In this document: positions 23,149 to 34,536 of the stretch, piece after piece
Layout: every line of letters starts with the position of its first letter
Position numbering within the stretch: the first letter of the stretch is position 1
NCBI GenBank assembly: GCA_963702205.1
Contig: OY969724.1
Location: 416,001-480,000, forward strand
Origin: an uncultured candidate division Zixibacteria bacterium
GTDB taxonomy: Bacteria > Zixibacteria > MSB-5A5 > GN15 > PGXB01
DNA: 64,000 bases
Direction: 5' to 3'
Position numbers and translations under genes: made by a program
The notes under the pieces: model-generated
Seen by the model: the letters and a program-made list of their open reading frames with translations, nothing else
Databases searched by the model: none
What the model was told of the DNA's origin: nothing

Positions 23149-26100
23149 TTATGAAAGGTATAGCGTAAAACCACTTAAACGTAATTTGTTTTGCTCGATC
23201 AATTTATCGGCGATGGAATTAATCACCTCACAACGTTCAGAACGGGCTTTTCCATAACCAAATAACGTTAAAATTGCTTTTGGCAACTCATCCTTCGAAA
23301 AACCAAATTGATCTTCAACTAGATACAATATTGAGTTTTCTATTTCTTCCGGTGCCACCAACTCTATATCCCTTTTTATACCGGGCGCGGGTAATCTAAA
23401 ACCCACAGGTCTTTTTTCATCCTTATAAATGAAACCAGAATTATTTATTAAGAATCCTTTTGATTTTGCAGCTATAGAAAGTGCATGTTTAATATTATTA
23501 AGTATGTTTGATCCTGCTCTAGAAAAGCCACATATCTCCTTCAACCGATCTACAAGGATATTCTCATGCAATGGCGATTCATAAATTACTATATCGCTAA
23601 TTATACTAATTAAATCGTATTTAACTGTATGGTTCATTGATATTTTCGAAATGTCGTATTTTTCATAAACCTCCCCTTCTTTATATTTCCTTATAAAAGA
23701 TCCATTCTTCCTATTCTCATTATCATTAATGGCCGCGAAAATTTCAGTATTATTGCCATTAACTTCACTAATTGGGTTCGCTTGAATGGATTCATTGATT
23801 GGAGCTGAATAGGCCAGTTCTAGACTATTCAAAATTGATTTCAGGGCGTTTTCTCTGTCGCGAAACCAGTCGGTCGACCAAAGCCGATGAATCTTCCAAC
23901 CTTGTGCTCGCAAAATTTCATGACGGAGCAGATCCCTGTCTCGTGCTGTTTTCGCGCTGTGATATGTTGCCCCATCACATTCTATAGCCATGATGTAACG
24001 GCTCTTTTCCCTTTTATCTCGGATGGCCAAATCTATCCTAAATGAGCCTGCTCCGACCTGCTCGTCGACATCAAGGCCTAAACTCCTAAGGGCTTCGGCG
24101 ACTCCATCTTCAAAATCATTTGTTTCATGAAAAGTGGTTTTCGCCGGAGTAAATGGTATATTGCAATTCATCTCGGTATACTGAATAAAATTGCGAAGCA
24201 TAGTCGCGCCTTTATTCGCCGGGTTTACGGCGCTTAATTCATAACTCTGGAGACTAGTAACCAATATTGTTTGATATTTCGCGCGCGTAACAAGAACATT
24301 TAATCGTCGCCAGCCTCCATCCCGGTTTAAAGGGCCGAAATTGAGGCTCAAGCTTCCATCAATTGTTTTTCCATAGCCCACACTTATAATTATCGTGTCT
24401 CGTTCGTCACCCTGAACATTTTCTAGGGATTTAATGAAGAATGGCTCTGGCCTATTTTTATCAATAAATGACATTAAATCCGGGCGTTTTTCAATTTCAT
24501 CATCCAGAAAATATTCAATTGCTTCCTTCTGGGCTGCATTCATAGCAACCACACCTACTGTCCTCTCAGGGAATTTTGCAAAATTCTCTACAATCAATTC
24601 CACAACACGTCTTGCTTCAACTCTATTGGTTCGACTCCGTCCCTTATCCCAAATTCCATCAGAAGTATAAACGAGTTTCACCCCTCCGGCTTCATTATTA
24701 ATGGCTGCTTGTGGAAAAGTAATCAGCAGATTATCGTAGAAAAAATGATTAGAAAAATTGATGAGTCGTTCATCCCTGCTTCGATAGTGCCATATAATTT
24801 TGGATTCTTCAAATACCGGCTTTATTGCAACACATTCATCAAGAAGTGATTCAAGAGGCTCATTTTCATCCGATGTATCATTTAAACTATCCTGATCAAA
24901 GATTGTGGAAGCCAAAAAGAACGATGTCGGAGGTAATTGATTTTCATCTCCCGCCACCACCACTTGTTTTGCCCTCAAGATTGAAGGAATGGCGTCAGGC
25001 GTTGGAAGTTGCGATGCTTCATCAAATACAACCAAGTCAAAAGTTATCCCATCTGGCTTTAAAAATGTGGATACAGAAATTGGACTCATTAGCAAGCAAG
25101 GTTTAATGGCTTGTAGGACATGTGGTATTTCTGCAAAAAGCTTCCTTAACGGTTTAATGCGTTTCCGTTTCTGCAATTCTCGTCTCAGTATGCCAATTTC
25201 CCCAGCATCACCATATCCATAATCTGCCATTGCTACTTTTTGTGCAGGTTCCGATGCAATTAGATGAATTTGTTTAATGGCTGCAATTCGAATTTTCAAA
25301 TCAATTTCTTCAAATTTACGAATCAGTTCCTCTCTAGAGACACCGCTAAATTCACGCAGTATGGGATTTTTGTCACATGAGGCACCTATCCAACGTCGAA
25401 GAAACATCTTTTGAAATATTTCCGGTGCATCAGCAACACTAATACCATCCATAGCATCAAGAAATGATTTAAGCCCCACAATACGACATTTGCCAATAAT
25501 GCTTTGAAGAGCAAGCCATTCGTGAAATTTATTTATAGAACTTAGAATTTCATTACATCGCGTTGATACCACGCTCATGTTTGCCCGATACATTGTACTG
25601 TTCTCGATAAAACCCTGTGGCCATGATGATTCTATATAGGACATGGCCAACTGCAGTTTTTCCCCAGTAAGTATATCTATGATCCGCTTTGCGGATTCAC
25701 TAATATTTGATAAAAGACGCGCATTTCCGCTTACACAACGAATTATATTTTTTTCCATCGCAATTCTAAGACAATATGCGAGATGAAATTCATCACGAGC
25801 TTTACTTAGCGCAATAGAATCATTTATGGGATCGGCCGCAAATTCACCCAGCCTTTTCCCTTCATTATTAAACCACTCTTCTATTTCCACAATTGTCTTT
25901 GAAAGCTCACGATAGGCCAAAAGTGAAGCAAAAATAAATTAACATTCGCCAATAACTTGCTTTTTACTTCTGATCTCCACTTCCAGTATTTTAGATTGAA
26001 AATCCGAGTCCAATATTTAAACTTATGGTCCAAAAGTTGAAGTAGATCATAAAGTTCATGTGCATCATAAGATGTAATTGACTTCACCTGAGATTTAATA

Positions 26101-27890
26101 ATATGGTATTTTTCTGATTTCTCTTTTCCTGCAATACAAAGTTTTTCAAGTTGTTCGATTTCTACCGATGATGAATCTAGCCACATGCTAGGTAATTTTT
26201 CACATTTAACCAATGATTCAAAAATAGGCAACAAATTCCGCAGATCTGAAAGGTTGAATTCATCTTCAGTTGGCACCATTATGACTTTCATCTCGGCAAC
26301 AAAGCAATTCAATCGCTCTAATAACTCAACCATAATTGAAAGATTTTTCTTAATAGAATCTATATCAAAAGGCTCAGTCTCCTCAATTTTAACTCCTCGC
26401 CAAGGATGAAAATGTTTTTTCGCATAAACATCGGCTCGCAGGCTCAAATCCTCTAACAGTTCTGTGATGTCACGAATCTGGCTATGGCTGCAATCTAGAA
26501 TATTTTCCCATGGCAAATCTGATTCCACTGTTGGGAAACCAAATAATTTTTCTAGTTTCCCAATTGCTTGATAAATCGTCATTTCAAGAGGTTTACGTTT
26601 TATATGAATTTCTCTGACATATTCATTTAGGCGTACTCGAATACGCTTCAAATTGTCGAGTTGATTATTAAATTCATCATTCTCTCCATTAGAAGACAAT
26701 TCAAGTGTTCGTTTGAGTTCCTCAATAATTTTAGTCTTGCCGGCTTTTGTGCTATGTGCTTCTAAACAGAATCGTTGCAATCCAAGACTGACAAGTCTAT
26801 CATATACGACATCTAATGCCGCCATTTTTGCACTTACAAACAAAACCCGTTTTCCTCTGCCTATTGCATCTGCGATAAGATTACAAATGGTTTGACTCTT
26901 GCCGGTTCCAGGTGGCCCATGTACAACAACGTGTTTACCCAAGGAAACCATTGTTAAAGCGTGCAGTTGAGATGCATCAGCTGGTAATACTGGAACAGGA
27001 ACAATTTTTGGGATTTCGAGCTTGTCCAGATTATCCCCCAAAGCCTCCGATTTTTCATTAATCATCCGGGCTTGTGCAAATGCAGCAATTACTGGGTTAG
27101 TTTGTGACAATTCAGTCATTGCCTCTAAATCCTTGTAAATTACCAAGGATTCAAATGAAAAAGTGCTTAACCAGATTGCTTCTTCTACTTTCCATCCGGG
27201 CTCAGCAACACTTGAGGCAATTTGACTCAAGATTGATTGTAACGTCTCCAAATTTGGTTGGTCATCCAAGGCTGGCAATTTGATATGGTGTTTTTCTCTA
27301 AGAAATAATTCAAGCGCGGGATTGATTTGAACTTCTTCATCCGTCATCTTAAGCCGCATATGAGCGCTGGGCCCGTGATTTACTATTTCACATGGTACAA
27401 GAATAATAGGAGATATTGATTCCCCGAGTGCTTGATCAAACCATAATAGCTGACCAAATGTAAGATGCAAAGTTGTCACACCGCGCTCTTCAACTGTCAT
27501 TCGTCCGTTGTCGTAAATCCTTCTCTGGAGTCGACGGAGATCCTTTGGTATGGCATTAAATGCAATATCTCCTTCTATTATTTCATATTCATCCAAGCCC
27601 TCAATTTCCGAAATGCCCTGTAATTCGTCCACATCCTTGTTTGGCGGATTCCTTTTAACCAAGGGCATCTTTAACACATCGCCGTTGATTACTATCCTAG
27701 AAAAAAGTGATGCTCCATCTTTTTCCTTCACTTGAAGTTTGCTCATTCGGGATCGGTTAATCCCTAGAAGTGGATTATTTTTTGATAAATCCAGAAGTCG
27801 TTCGCGCCATTTTTTTAATTGCAAATCTATGCGAACATTATCAAATTTATTTGATGTTATATTTTCTGATGACATATCAATAACGCTCAA
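23149..27890 (-). CDS. DUF4011 / SF1 (Upf1-like) helicase / Vsr-like nuclease / DUF3320 protein (Hhe-like), split into two ORFs at ~25920-25945
   Basis: N-terminal WRERLLDLSKNNPL (DUF4011-like), GPPGTGKSQT, PCLLMSPISVS, VFDEASQ, GDENQLPP, WHYRS, ENVQGDERD, RRLNVLVTRA, and nuclease segment RIDLAI...AIECDGATYH. Visibly AT-rich. Confidence 0.85.
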
Positions 27891-27967
27891 AAACTCCTAA
27901 GCGAAACCAATGAATACAGATGATTTGAATAAATATAAATAGAAACTTATAATTTCAAAGACTTTTC

Positions 27968-28008
27968 TTAAAACCTATAGCCGGCGCTGACGCGGAAGGT
28001 TTCGTCGA
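27968..28008 (-). repeat. Duplicated 3' end (DETFRVSAGYRF*) of the 29660-30601 gene
   Basis: 28-bp identical core CCGGCGCTGACGCGGAAGGTTTCGTCGA at 27981-28008 and 29673-29700. The rest differs only synonymously. Confidence 0.9.
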
Positions 28009-28051
28009 ATGATATCTTGTTTCGGAATTATTATGGAAACGAGAATAACGG

Positions 28052-29527
28052 TTATGACACCTTTACCGCCTGTGTAAACAAACTCCTGTGCGCAATGCTG
28101 TGAATATTGCAAAATTCAATCCATTGATTTTGAGTCAATTTGCCATCGGTCAGCTCAGGAATTACCGAAAACGGATTTAGCTTGGCATCGCCCTTCGTAA
28201 AGAGAATTTCTTCGCCCAGTCTTTTATGGAAATTCCAGTCATCCTGCAACAGCATCAATCCCAATCCGGCCGAGAGGATAAACTGCAGCCGGTGAATTAT
28301 ATAAGGAAACTCTATTTGGGGGATAATCTTTCTCGAATCAATCATTTTCATACAGTCAATCGGATTTTTGACAATTTCCGGCAGTTTATCAGGAGTGACT
28401 TGCTGAAGCAACTTCGTAAATCCCTTAAGGTCGTTTTCCCAGTTGGAAATATATAACGGAGCCACATCATCGTCCCAGGACATTGGTTTCAGGGTCTTGA
28501 AATAGTCGTATTTTATAGTGGATTTCAGAATTGCCCGTTCGAGTCTTTCGGGATCCTTGACAAGGTTTATGGCCGGTGTGGGATCGATTTTGCCGCCGTC
28601 ACAATTCATTGCAGCAATCGCGTTTAGTCTTTCCTTTATGGTTGGATGTGAATCGTACTCATCGGTCTTTGTCCTTTTCAGCTCATCCTGTATTGCCTCG
28701 GTCATTTTTTTCTGTATGGTGTCCATTTTAAGATACCGACTGAATCCTTCAAGAAACGGCGGCAACAAACCTGATTCTATCATGGGCGCAAACTCATCGC
28801 TCCAATATTCTCCAAACGCCGCTCCTTTCATTGCTGATGTCTCAAGGGCGTCAATCACCACGTCTTTGCCCACCAATGTGGCGGACAGTTTGTCGGCTAC
28901 AAATTCCTGACTTCTGGAAACCCCGCTGGTGACTTTAAGAATCTTTTTCCCGTACCATTTGAACGGCAATTGCATTATTGAACGATTGTTTTGAAGGCTC
29001 GTTAACGTTCGTTCGATTGCCGCATGAATACGATATATCCTGGAACCGATGGAAGTATCGCCGTTGTAATAGTGTCCGAATTCATGGGCGATTATCGCTT
29101 TGAACTGTGCAATATTGACTTCCTTTAACAACGGCAGTCCCAGTCCCATGATCCTGTCGCCGCCGAAACCGCCGACACCGCCCCGCTCCGCCACCCAGGC
29201 ATTGAAATCATAAACCAGATAAACGTGATCGGGCATCCGCTGAGCGGTTTTTTTTGCCATTTCAGCTATAATCTCAAATAACTTCGGATTGGCCGAAGGC
29301 GTCAATAACGGACCCGGAGGAACAAATTTATCCCTGCGAGGAGCCGCGGCCCAGAGAATCGTTATCCCGGTAATCAGACAGACGAAAACCACCCTGAAAT
29401 ATATGTGACCGGTTATATACGCCAATATAATCGGGATAGAGAGGACTCCCAGACCAAGTATCAGAGCCATCGCGTAGAATCCTATGGTCAATGCCAATGC
29501 AATGGTAGCTCGTCTGGATAATGACAT
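28052..29527 (-). CDS. M48 family (HtpX-like) membrane zinc metalloprotease
   Basis: N-terminal TM helices, FNAWV, HEFGH, QEFVAD, SHPTIKERL. Confidence 0.85.
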   Translation of the reverse strand: MSLSRRATIALALTIGFYAMALILGLGVLSIPIILAYITGHIYFRVVFVCLITGITILWAAAPRRDKFVPPGPLLTPSANPKLFEIIAEMAKKTAQRMPDHVYLVYDFNAWVAERGGVGGFGGDRIMGLGLPLLKEVNIAQFKAIIAHEFGHYYNGDTSIGSRIYRIHAAIERTLTSLQNNRSIMQLPFKWYGKKILKVTSGVSRSQEFVADKLSATLVGKDVVIDALETSAMKGAAFGEYWSDEFAPMIESGLLPPFLEGFSRYLKMDTIQKKMTEAIQDELKRTKTDEYDSHPTIKERLNAIAAMNCDGGKIDPTPAINLVKDPERLERAILKSTIKYDYFKTLKPMSWDDDVAPLYISNWENDLKGFTKLLQQVTPDKLPEIVKNPIDCMKMIDSRKIIPQIEFPYIIHRLQFILSAGLGLMLLQDDWNFHKRLGEEILFTKGDAKLNPFSVIPELTDGKLTQNQWIEFCNIHSIAHRSLFTQAVKVS

Positions 29528-29659
29528 TTCTTTGGTCAGAAGACCTCCCGGATTGGAGTGATATATTCATTAGAAATATCGGCATTGAGAATCGACGAAA
29601 TTACAGAAATATCAATGATTGTCAGAAATTGAACAGACGGACTCTATATCGGAGAAATT

Positions 29660-30601
29660 CTAAAACCGATATCCGGCGCTGACGCGGAAGGTTTCGTCGA
29701 GATCGGCATTGTGAAGATAGGCCAAGTCGACCGTGATGTTATTGATGTTTACCCCCACCCCGCCGGTGAAATTGCCGATGTCAAACCCGGCCCGCCCGAA
29801 CACCATCTCGCGATATCCGACCTCCAGGCCGAAGTGCGTGTCGAGCGAAATATTTCCCTGATAAAACTGCGCGGCGTACTTGATCCCCTCGAACTTGATG
29901 TCGCCCGACCCGACCAGCCGCCCCGTGAAATCGTACTTACTATAGTGCAGCATGATACCCGGCTTGACCGTCGGTAATACCGACTCGGTCGTCCCGCCGC
30001 TGTAGCGTATGAATCCCGACGTGATATCGGTCACCATCAGGCCCAGGCGGGCGTACTTATGAACGTCGTACAGCGCCCCGACGTCGAGCGTCAGTCCGTA
30101 CCCCGAGATGGTCGGCATATCGCGATAGATGACGCGCACCGTCGCGCCGACGTCGACCTTGTCTTTGATCTTCCCCGACGCCGATGCCCCGAGCATATAG
30201 TCACCGTGCGATTCCTCGCGCACCACGAAATAGCGACGCGTGACGGCGTCGAAATCGGTGATCTTGATGCCGCCCCCGCCGAGGTAATAGAAATAGAACC
30301 CGTAGGCTTTCAAAGAAAACTGATCGTCCACTCGGCGGCGGGCATAGCCGACAAAATCGTGATTGAGCAGCGAACCGAACGTCTCGGCGTGCATCGCGAT
30401 GATGTTGTGACCGCTAAGGTAATTCAACCCGGCCGGGTTCCAGTACGCAGCGGAGGCGTCGAACGGCCCGGCGATGACCGCTCCACCCATAGCCAGCGCG
30501 CGCGCACCGACTCCGAGGGAGAACGGCTCTCCGGCGTACTTGGCGGCGTTCGCGGTGAGGGCAGAAAACGCGATCAGAAACAAAATCAATAATCTTCGCA
30601 T
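29660..30601 (-). CDS. PorV/PorQ-like (UPF0164-like) outer-membrane beta-barrel protein
   Basis: Signal peptide, GVGARALAMGGA, AAYWNPAGL, C-terminal SAGYRF. Confidence 0.75.
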   Translation of the reverse strand: MRRLLILFLIAFSALTANAAKYAGEPFSLGVGARALAMGGAVIAGPFDASAAYWNPAGLNYLSGHNIIAMHAETFGSLLNHDFVGYARRRVDDQFSLKAYGFYFYYLGGGGIKITDFDAVTRRYFVVREESHGDYMLGASASGKIKDKVDVGATVRVIYRDMPTISGYGLTLDVGALYDVHKYARLGLMVTDITSGFIRYSGGTTESVLPTVKPGIMLHYSKYDFTGRLVGSGDIKFEGIKYAAQFYQGNISLDTHFGLEVGYREMVFGRAGFDIGNFTGGVGVNINNITVDLAYLHNADLDETFRVSAGYRF

Positions 30602-30667
30602 ATCCAATTATATATACGCTTTAGAGCTTTGGCAATCCAAACTGCAAAGAAAAAAGTCGCTCTTGTG

Positions 30668-30830
30668 ACCGGCAGACGCCCCCGTCTGCCGGTTTGTGGG
30701 CGGCAGATGTCCACATCTGCCCCATCATCTTTCTTTGCTTATTCCGGCGCTCGGGCACTTGTGGACAAGTGCCGCGCACAGTACCCGAACAGCCACTTCA
30801 CGTGGGCGGCAGATGTCTTCATCTGCCCCA
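30668..30830 (+). repeat. Cluster of REP-like palindromes
   Basis: ACCGGCAGACGCCCCCGTCTGCCGG; GTGGGCGGCAGATGTC..CATCTGCCCC twice; CGCTCGGGCACTTGTGGACAAGTGCCGCGCAC. Confidence 0.8.
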
Positions 30831-30854
30831 TCTTCCCAATTCCCTAAGCAGCCA

Positions 30855-30887
30855 CAAAAAAAGGCGGGGCCAAAAGCCTCGCCTTTG
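30855..30887 (-). terminator. Intrinsic terminator after the first HMA gene
   Basis: AAAGGCGAGGC-TTTTG-GCCCCGCCTTTTTTT on the minus strand. Confidence 0.7.
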
Positions 30888-30907
30888 AAATCATCTACAA
30901 GAAATTT

Positions 30908-31450
30908 CTATTCGGTCGCCGTCTTGGCGTCTTTCTTTTCTTCGGTCTTCATTGTCTCCGCGGTTTTCTGGCTCGGACATTTGAAACCGGTCTTCATGCA
31001 CTCGGCGGCCTTGGTTGGGCTGCATCCAGCGTGTGCGCTGACTTGCGGCAACACTTTGGCTTTATAGCCGAGACCATTGATGGCTTCCAGGACTTTTTCC
31101 TGCTGGACTTTGTCGGGATCGATCGCGACAACGCCCGCGCCTTCTTTGTAATCGACGGCCATAACTTTGATGACACCATCGGTGGCGCCGAGGGCTTTCG
31201 TGATAGCTTCTTCACAGCCGGTGCAGGTCATACCTTTGATATCCAGGCAGATAAGCTCACACTTGCCCTGGTAGTCGGGACAGCATTTGGACGGGTCGAG
31301 TTCGACTCCGGCGTACGTGGCCGTGGCAGGTGTCGTGGCGACGGCCGCGGTGGTCTGGGCATCGCCTTTGTGAGCGGTGCATTCCTCGGCCATCATATTG
31401 ACAGCCAAACCGAGCATCAGGACCAGCGTGAGAATGATGATTTTGCGCAC
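30908..31450 (-). CDS. Secreted heavy-metal-associated (HMA, MerP/CopZ-like) domain protein, Cys-rich
   Basis: Signal peptide and GMTCTGC motif. Confidence 0.8.
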   Translation of the reverse strand: MRKIIILTLVLMLGLAVNMMAEECTAHKGDAQTTAAVATTPATATYAGVELDPSKCCPDYQGKCELICLDIKGMTCTGCEEAITKALGATDGVIKVMAVDYKEGAGVVAIDPDKVQQEKVLEAINGLGYKAKVLPQVSAHAGCSPTKAAECMKTGFKCPSQKTAETMKTEEKKDAKTATE

Positions 31451-31559
31451 TAAACATACCTCCTGTTACGCATAAAATAAGCTTTTAACACCATTTTAGC
31501 TAAAAAGCCGCGATTGTCAAGCGTTATATGCGGATTAATCGGGTATGGTTTATCGGGAT

Positions 31560-31587
31560 AAAAAAAGGGCGGGAGTTGCACCCGCCC
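31560..31587 (-). terminator. Intrinsic terminator after the second HMA gene
   Basis: GGGCGGG-TGCAACT-CCCGCCC followed by a T-run on the minus strand. Confidence 0.7.
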
Positions 31588-31614
31588 ACAAGGAGTTGCA
31601 AGGATTGGTATTTA

Positions 31615-32250
31615 TTACATAGACCCGTCGGTCTTGGTCTCAGTTTTGGTCTCGGTGGTCGAGGCCTTGTCACCCGTCATAGCCGGGCACTTGGCAGCGC
31701 AGGCGGCCTTCTGGGCATCGGTCATGTTGGCACACGACTTGGCGTACGGACAACCCTGGGCACCGGCGTTCACGGCATCGGTGGCGACAGCGGGTACGAC
31801 TTCGGCGCTGAAACCGGCCGCGTCGATGGCCTTGGTCATATTGCTCGTGCAGCCAACCACGGCGGCGTCATAAGTCACGACAGCCGTCCCGGTCTTGTAA
31901 TCGACTTTGTCCACTTTGTCGACACCGACGGTGTTCTTGAGGGCCGTAGTAACCTTGTTTTCGCACGCGCCGCAGTGCATACCGGTCACATGGAACGTGG
32001 CCGAAGCGAACTTGGTTTCGGTGGCAGTTTTTTCGGCGTCGGCCGACATGGAAGCCGATTTGCCGCTGCAGGCGGCCTTGTTGGCCATTGAGCAGGCGTT
32101 ATCGGCGCCGGCGTATTTGGCGTTGACAGTCGAGGCATTGGCACTGGTGGTTCCGGTTTTGGCACCACCGCAGGCGAAAGCGCCGATCGGGGCCATGACA
32201 AAGGCCAGTCCGAGAACGAGCGCAATCATTGAGACATAAGCTTTTCTCAT
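31615..32250 (-). CDS. Secreted HMA domain protein, paralogue of the previous gene
   Basis: Signal peptide MRKAYVSM..., GMHCGAC motif, shared VDYKxG, Cys-rich flanks. Confidence 0.8.
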   Translation of the reverse strand: MRKAYVSMIALVLGLAFVMAPIGAFACGGAKTGTTSANASTVNAKYAGADNACSMANKAACSGKSASMSADAEKTATETKFASATFHVTGMHCGACENKVTTALKNTVGVDKVDKVDYKTGTAVVTYDAAVVGCTSNMTKAIDAAGFSAEVVPAVATDAVNAGAQGCPYAKSCANMTDAQKAACAAKCPAMTGDKASTTETKTETKTDGSM

Positions 32251-33341
32251 CGGTGAATCCTCCATCGAAGCGGTTTTACTAAGTTTCTTCACTATTTTCT
32301 GATTTGGTCGGTTTTTTCACCCAATTAGGACTTAATTAGTCCGGTATAGCATATTTAACAGTTTGGCTGGGTCTGAAGTTCCAAAAAACCACTTAATAAA
32401 GTATGTTTTTTCTTCGTGGATAACCCTGTACTGTATTGAAGGATATAAGGTTATGAAGTGGAATGGGTTGACATATTTAGGCGCTGGCTTCGGGCCCCGG
32501 GTTGCGGAGGAGGAAAGGGGATGATGGACAACAATGCTCCTCGATTTCATATAATCCGTAGCGCTATTTGGGGTTGCGGCGAAATGGGTTCGTATTCCTA
32601 ATTTTTTATTTTTTGGGTAGCCCCTTCTACTCGTGTGATTTGCAAATGAATTCGACTTGGATATAGTTATAGGTCTCATATTAAAGGGGTGCGGCCAGAT
32701 TCAACATTGAGTTGGTGGTGAAAAAGCGAAAATGGACGCTGATGGCCGGAGGAACCCACAGCAAGCTATGGGCGACCCGGCCTGAACGAACGGTGTTCAA
32801 TAAAGCCCGTCATTGAATGTAGGACCACCCATTAAGGCATGAATTCCTGACGGCGTAGTGGATTTACATTTCGTTCCACTTCCTTTTCATTATGGCTTCT
32901 CGCTGCACCATAAAGCCACCAAGAGCAGCTCGATTTACATCAAGTATTTCTGAAAAATCCCGAAATTGCCATTTAATTCCAGAGGATCTAAGCTCCGCAA
33001 GAATTTCATCTGCCCTATCTAGGACAGTTTCATAAAATTCGAATGTCTCCAAAAATGTCGGCTTTACGGCCGATTCTACTTGATAATGCAAAGCATTTAA
33101 ATAATGGCGAAATGCCAATTGTTCCGTAAAGCCAACAACAGAAGGTTGTGCGCCTGAAAATAATTGTGATACGTAACCACCATCAAGTTCTTCGTCGGGC
33201 ATCATTTGGCTCAACAAACCAAATCTTTGCGCTAAATCTAAATAGGGCATTTTATATTCCGACAAAGCATGGGGTGACCTTCCCCCGGATTAGTGGACAG
33301 ATCGAAAGGATAGGGTTATGTTACTATCCGGAGGTGTTCAG

Positions 33342-33646
33342 ATGTCATCAGGATCGAATCGACGGAAGTACGACCGGGAGTTCAAGTTGGAAGCAGGTAC
33401 CGGCTGAGCCGTGAGGCGGGCCGGACAGTGGCCGGGGTGGCCCGTGATCTGGGAATCAGCGAGAACATGCTGCATCGGTGGCGCAGCCAGTTTGCCCAGG
33501 AGGGCGAGGCGGCATTTCCGGGTAAGGGTCACCTGAGTCCGGAGCAGGAAGAACTGCGTCGGTTGCAGCGGCAATTGGCCGATGTGACGGAGGAGCGGGA
33601 CATTTTAAAAAAAGCGCTGGCCGTCTTCAGTCGCCGGTCGAAGTGA
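33342..33646 (+). CDS. IS3 transposase OrfA (HTH), with two extra bases around GTAC 33397-33400
   Basis: MSSGSNRRKYDREFKLEA..., VARDLGISENMLHRW, ERDILKKA. An A7G slippery site lies at 33607-33614. Confidence 0.85.
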
Positions 33647-34536
33647 GATATGCCTTTATGCGGGACCATGCGTCACAGTTTCGACTTACGTTGATGAGCC
33701 GGGTGCTGAGTGTCTCACGGAGCGGCTACTATGCCTGGCTGGTCCGACCGGAGAGTGCGCGGTCGATGCAGAATCGGCAGTTGCTGCCGCTGATCCGGCA
33801 GGCGTACCTGAGGAGTCGTCGGACCTACGGTTCGCCTCGTGTGACCGATGAGTTGCACGATCAGGGACATGTCTGTAACGAGAAGCGAGTGGCCAGGCTC
33901 ATGCGTCTGCATGGGATACGGCCAAAGGCGGTAAAAAAGTTCAAGGCAACGACGGATTCGAAGCACAAGTTGCCGGTGGCGCCGAATCTGTTGAGCCGCG
34001 ACTTTACCGCTGCCAGTCCGAACCGGGTGTGGCTAGCTGATATCACGTATATCCCGACGACCGAGGGCTGGCTGTATCTGGCCGGCGTGCTGGATCTGTA
34101 CACCCGTCGGGTGGTCGGCTGTGCCATGAGTCCTCGGATCAACGCTGAGTTGACCTTGAGCGCGCTTGGGCAGGCCCTGGTGCGGTATCGCCCGGGTCCG
34201 GGGCTGATCCACCACAGCGACCAGGGCAAGCAGTATGCGGCCGGAGACTATCAAAAGCTCCTTCGTCAGCATCAGGCCATCACCAGCATGAGTCGGAGAG
34301 GTGATTGCTGGGACAACGCACCGATGGAGTCGTTCTGGGGCACGTTGAAGCAGGAGCTGGTGCATCACGAGAACTTCGTGACCAGAGATGAAGCGAAGGC
34401 GAAGATCTTTGAGTATATTGAGGTGTTTTACAACGGTCAGCGTCGGCATTCGTCGCTGGGTTCAGTGAGCCCGGCCGAGTACGAATCCGCCGCCAGACCA
34501 CAACCGACACGGAAGCAATCACCGTGTCTTAACTGA
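33643..34536 (+). CDS. IS3 transposase OrfB (DDE integrase core)
   Basis: YGSPRV, WLADITY, HHSDQGKQY, CWDNAPMESF, RRHSSLG motifs. Confidence 0.95.
   Translation: MRYAFMRDHASQFRLTLMSRVLSVSRSGYYAWLVRPESARSMQNRQLLPLIRQAYLRSRRTYGSPRVTDELHDQGHVCNEKRVARLMRLHGIRPKAVKKFKATTDSKHKLPVAPNLLSRDFTAASPNRVWLADITYIPTTEGWLYLAGVLDLYTRRVVGCAMSPRINAELTLSALGQALVRYRPGPGLIHHSDQGKQYAAGDYQKLLRQHQAITSMSRRGDCWDNAPMESFWGTLKQELVHHENFVTRDEAKAKIFEYIEVFYNGQRRHSSLGSVSPAEYESAARPQPTRKQSPCLN

Noticed and set aside
32332..32679. 115-aa ORF as a fourth gene of the kinase operon
   Set aside because: No clear RBS, atypical composition, and separated from the operon by repeats.
32690..32860. Possible structured ncRNA downstream of the kinase operon
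   Set aside because: The main hairpin is an inverted copy of the GGGTCGCCCA..GCTTGC.GTGGG repeat at ~48588, so it is better explained as REP-like DNA.
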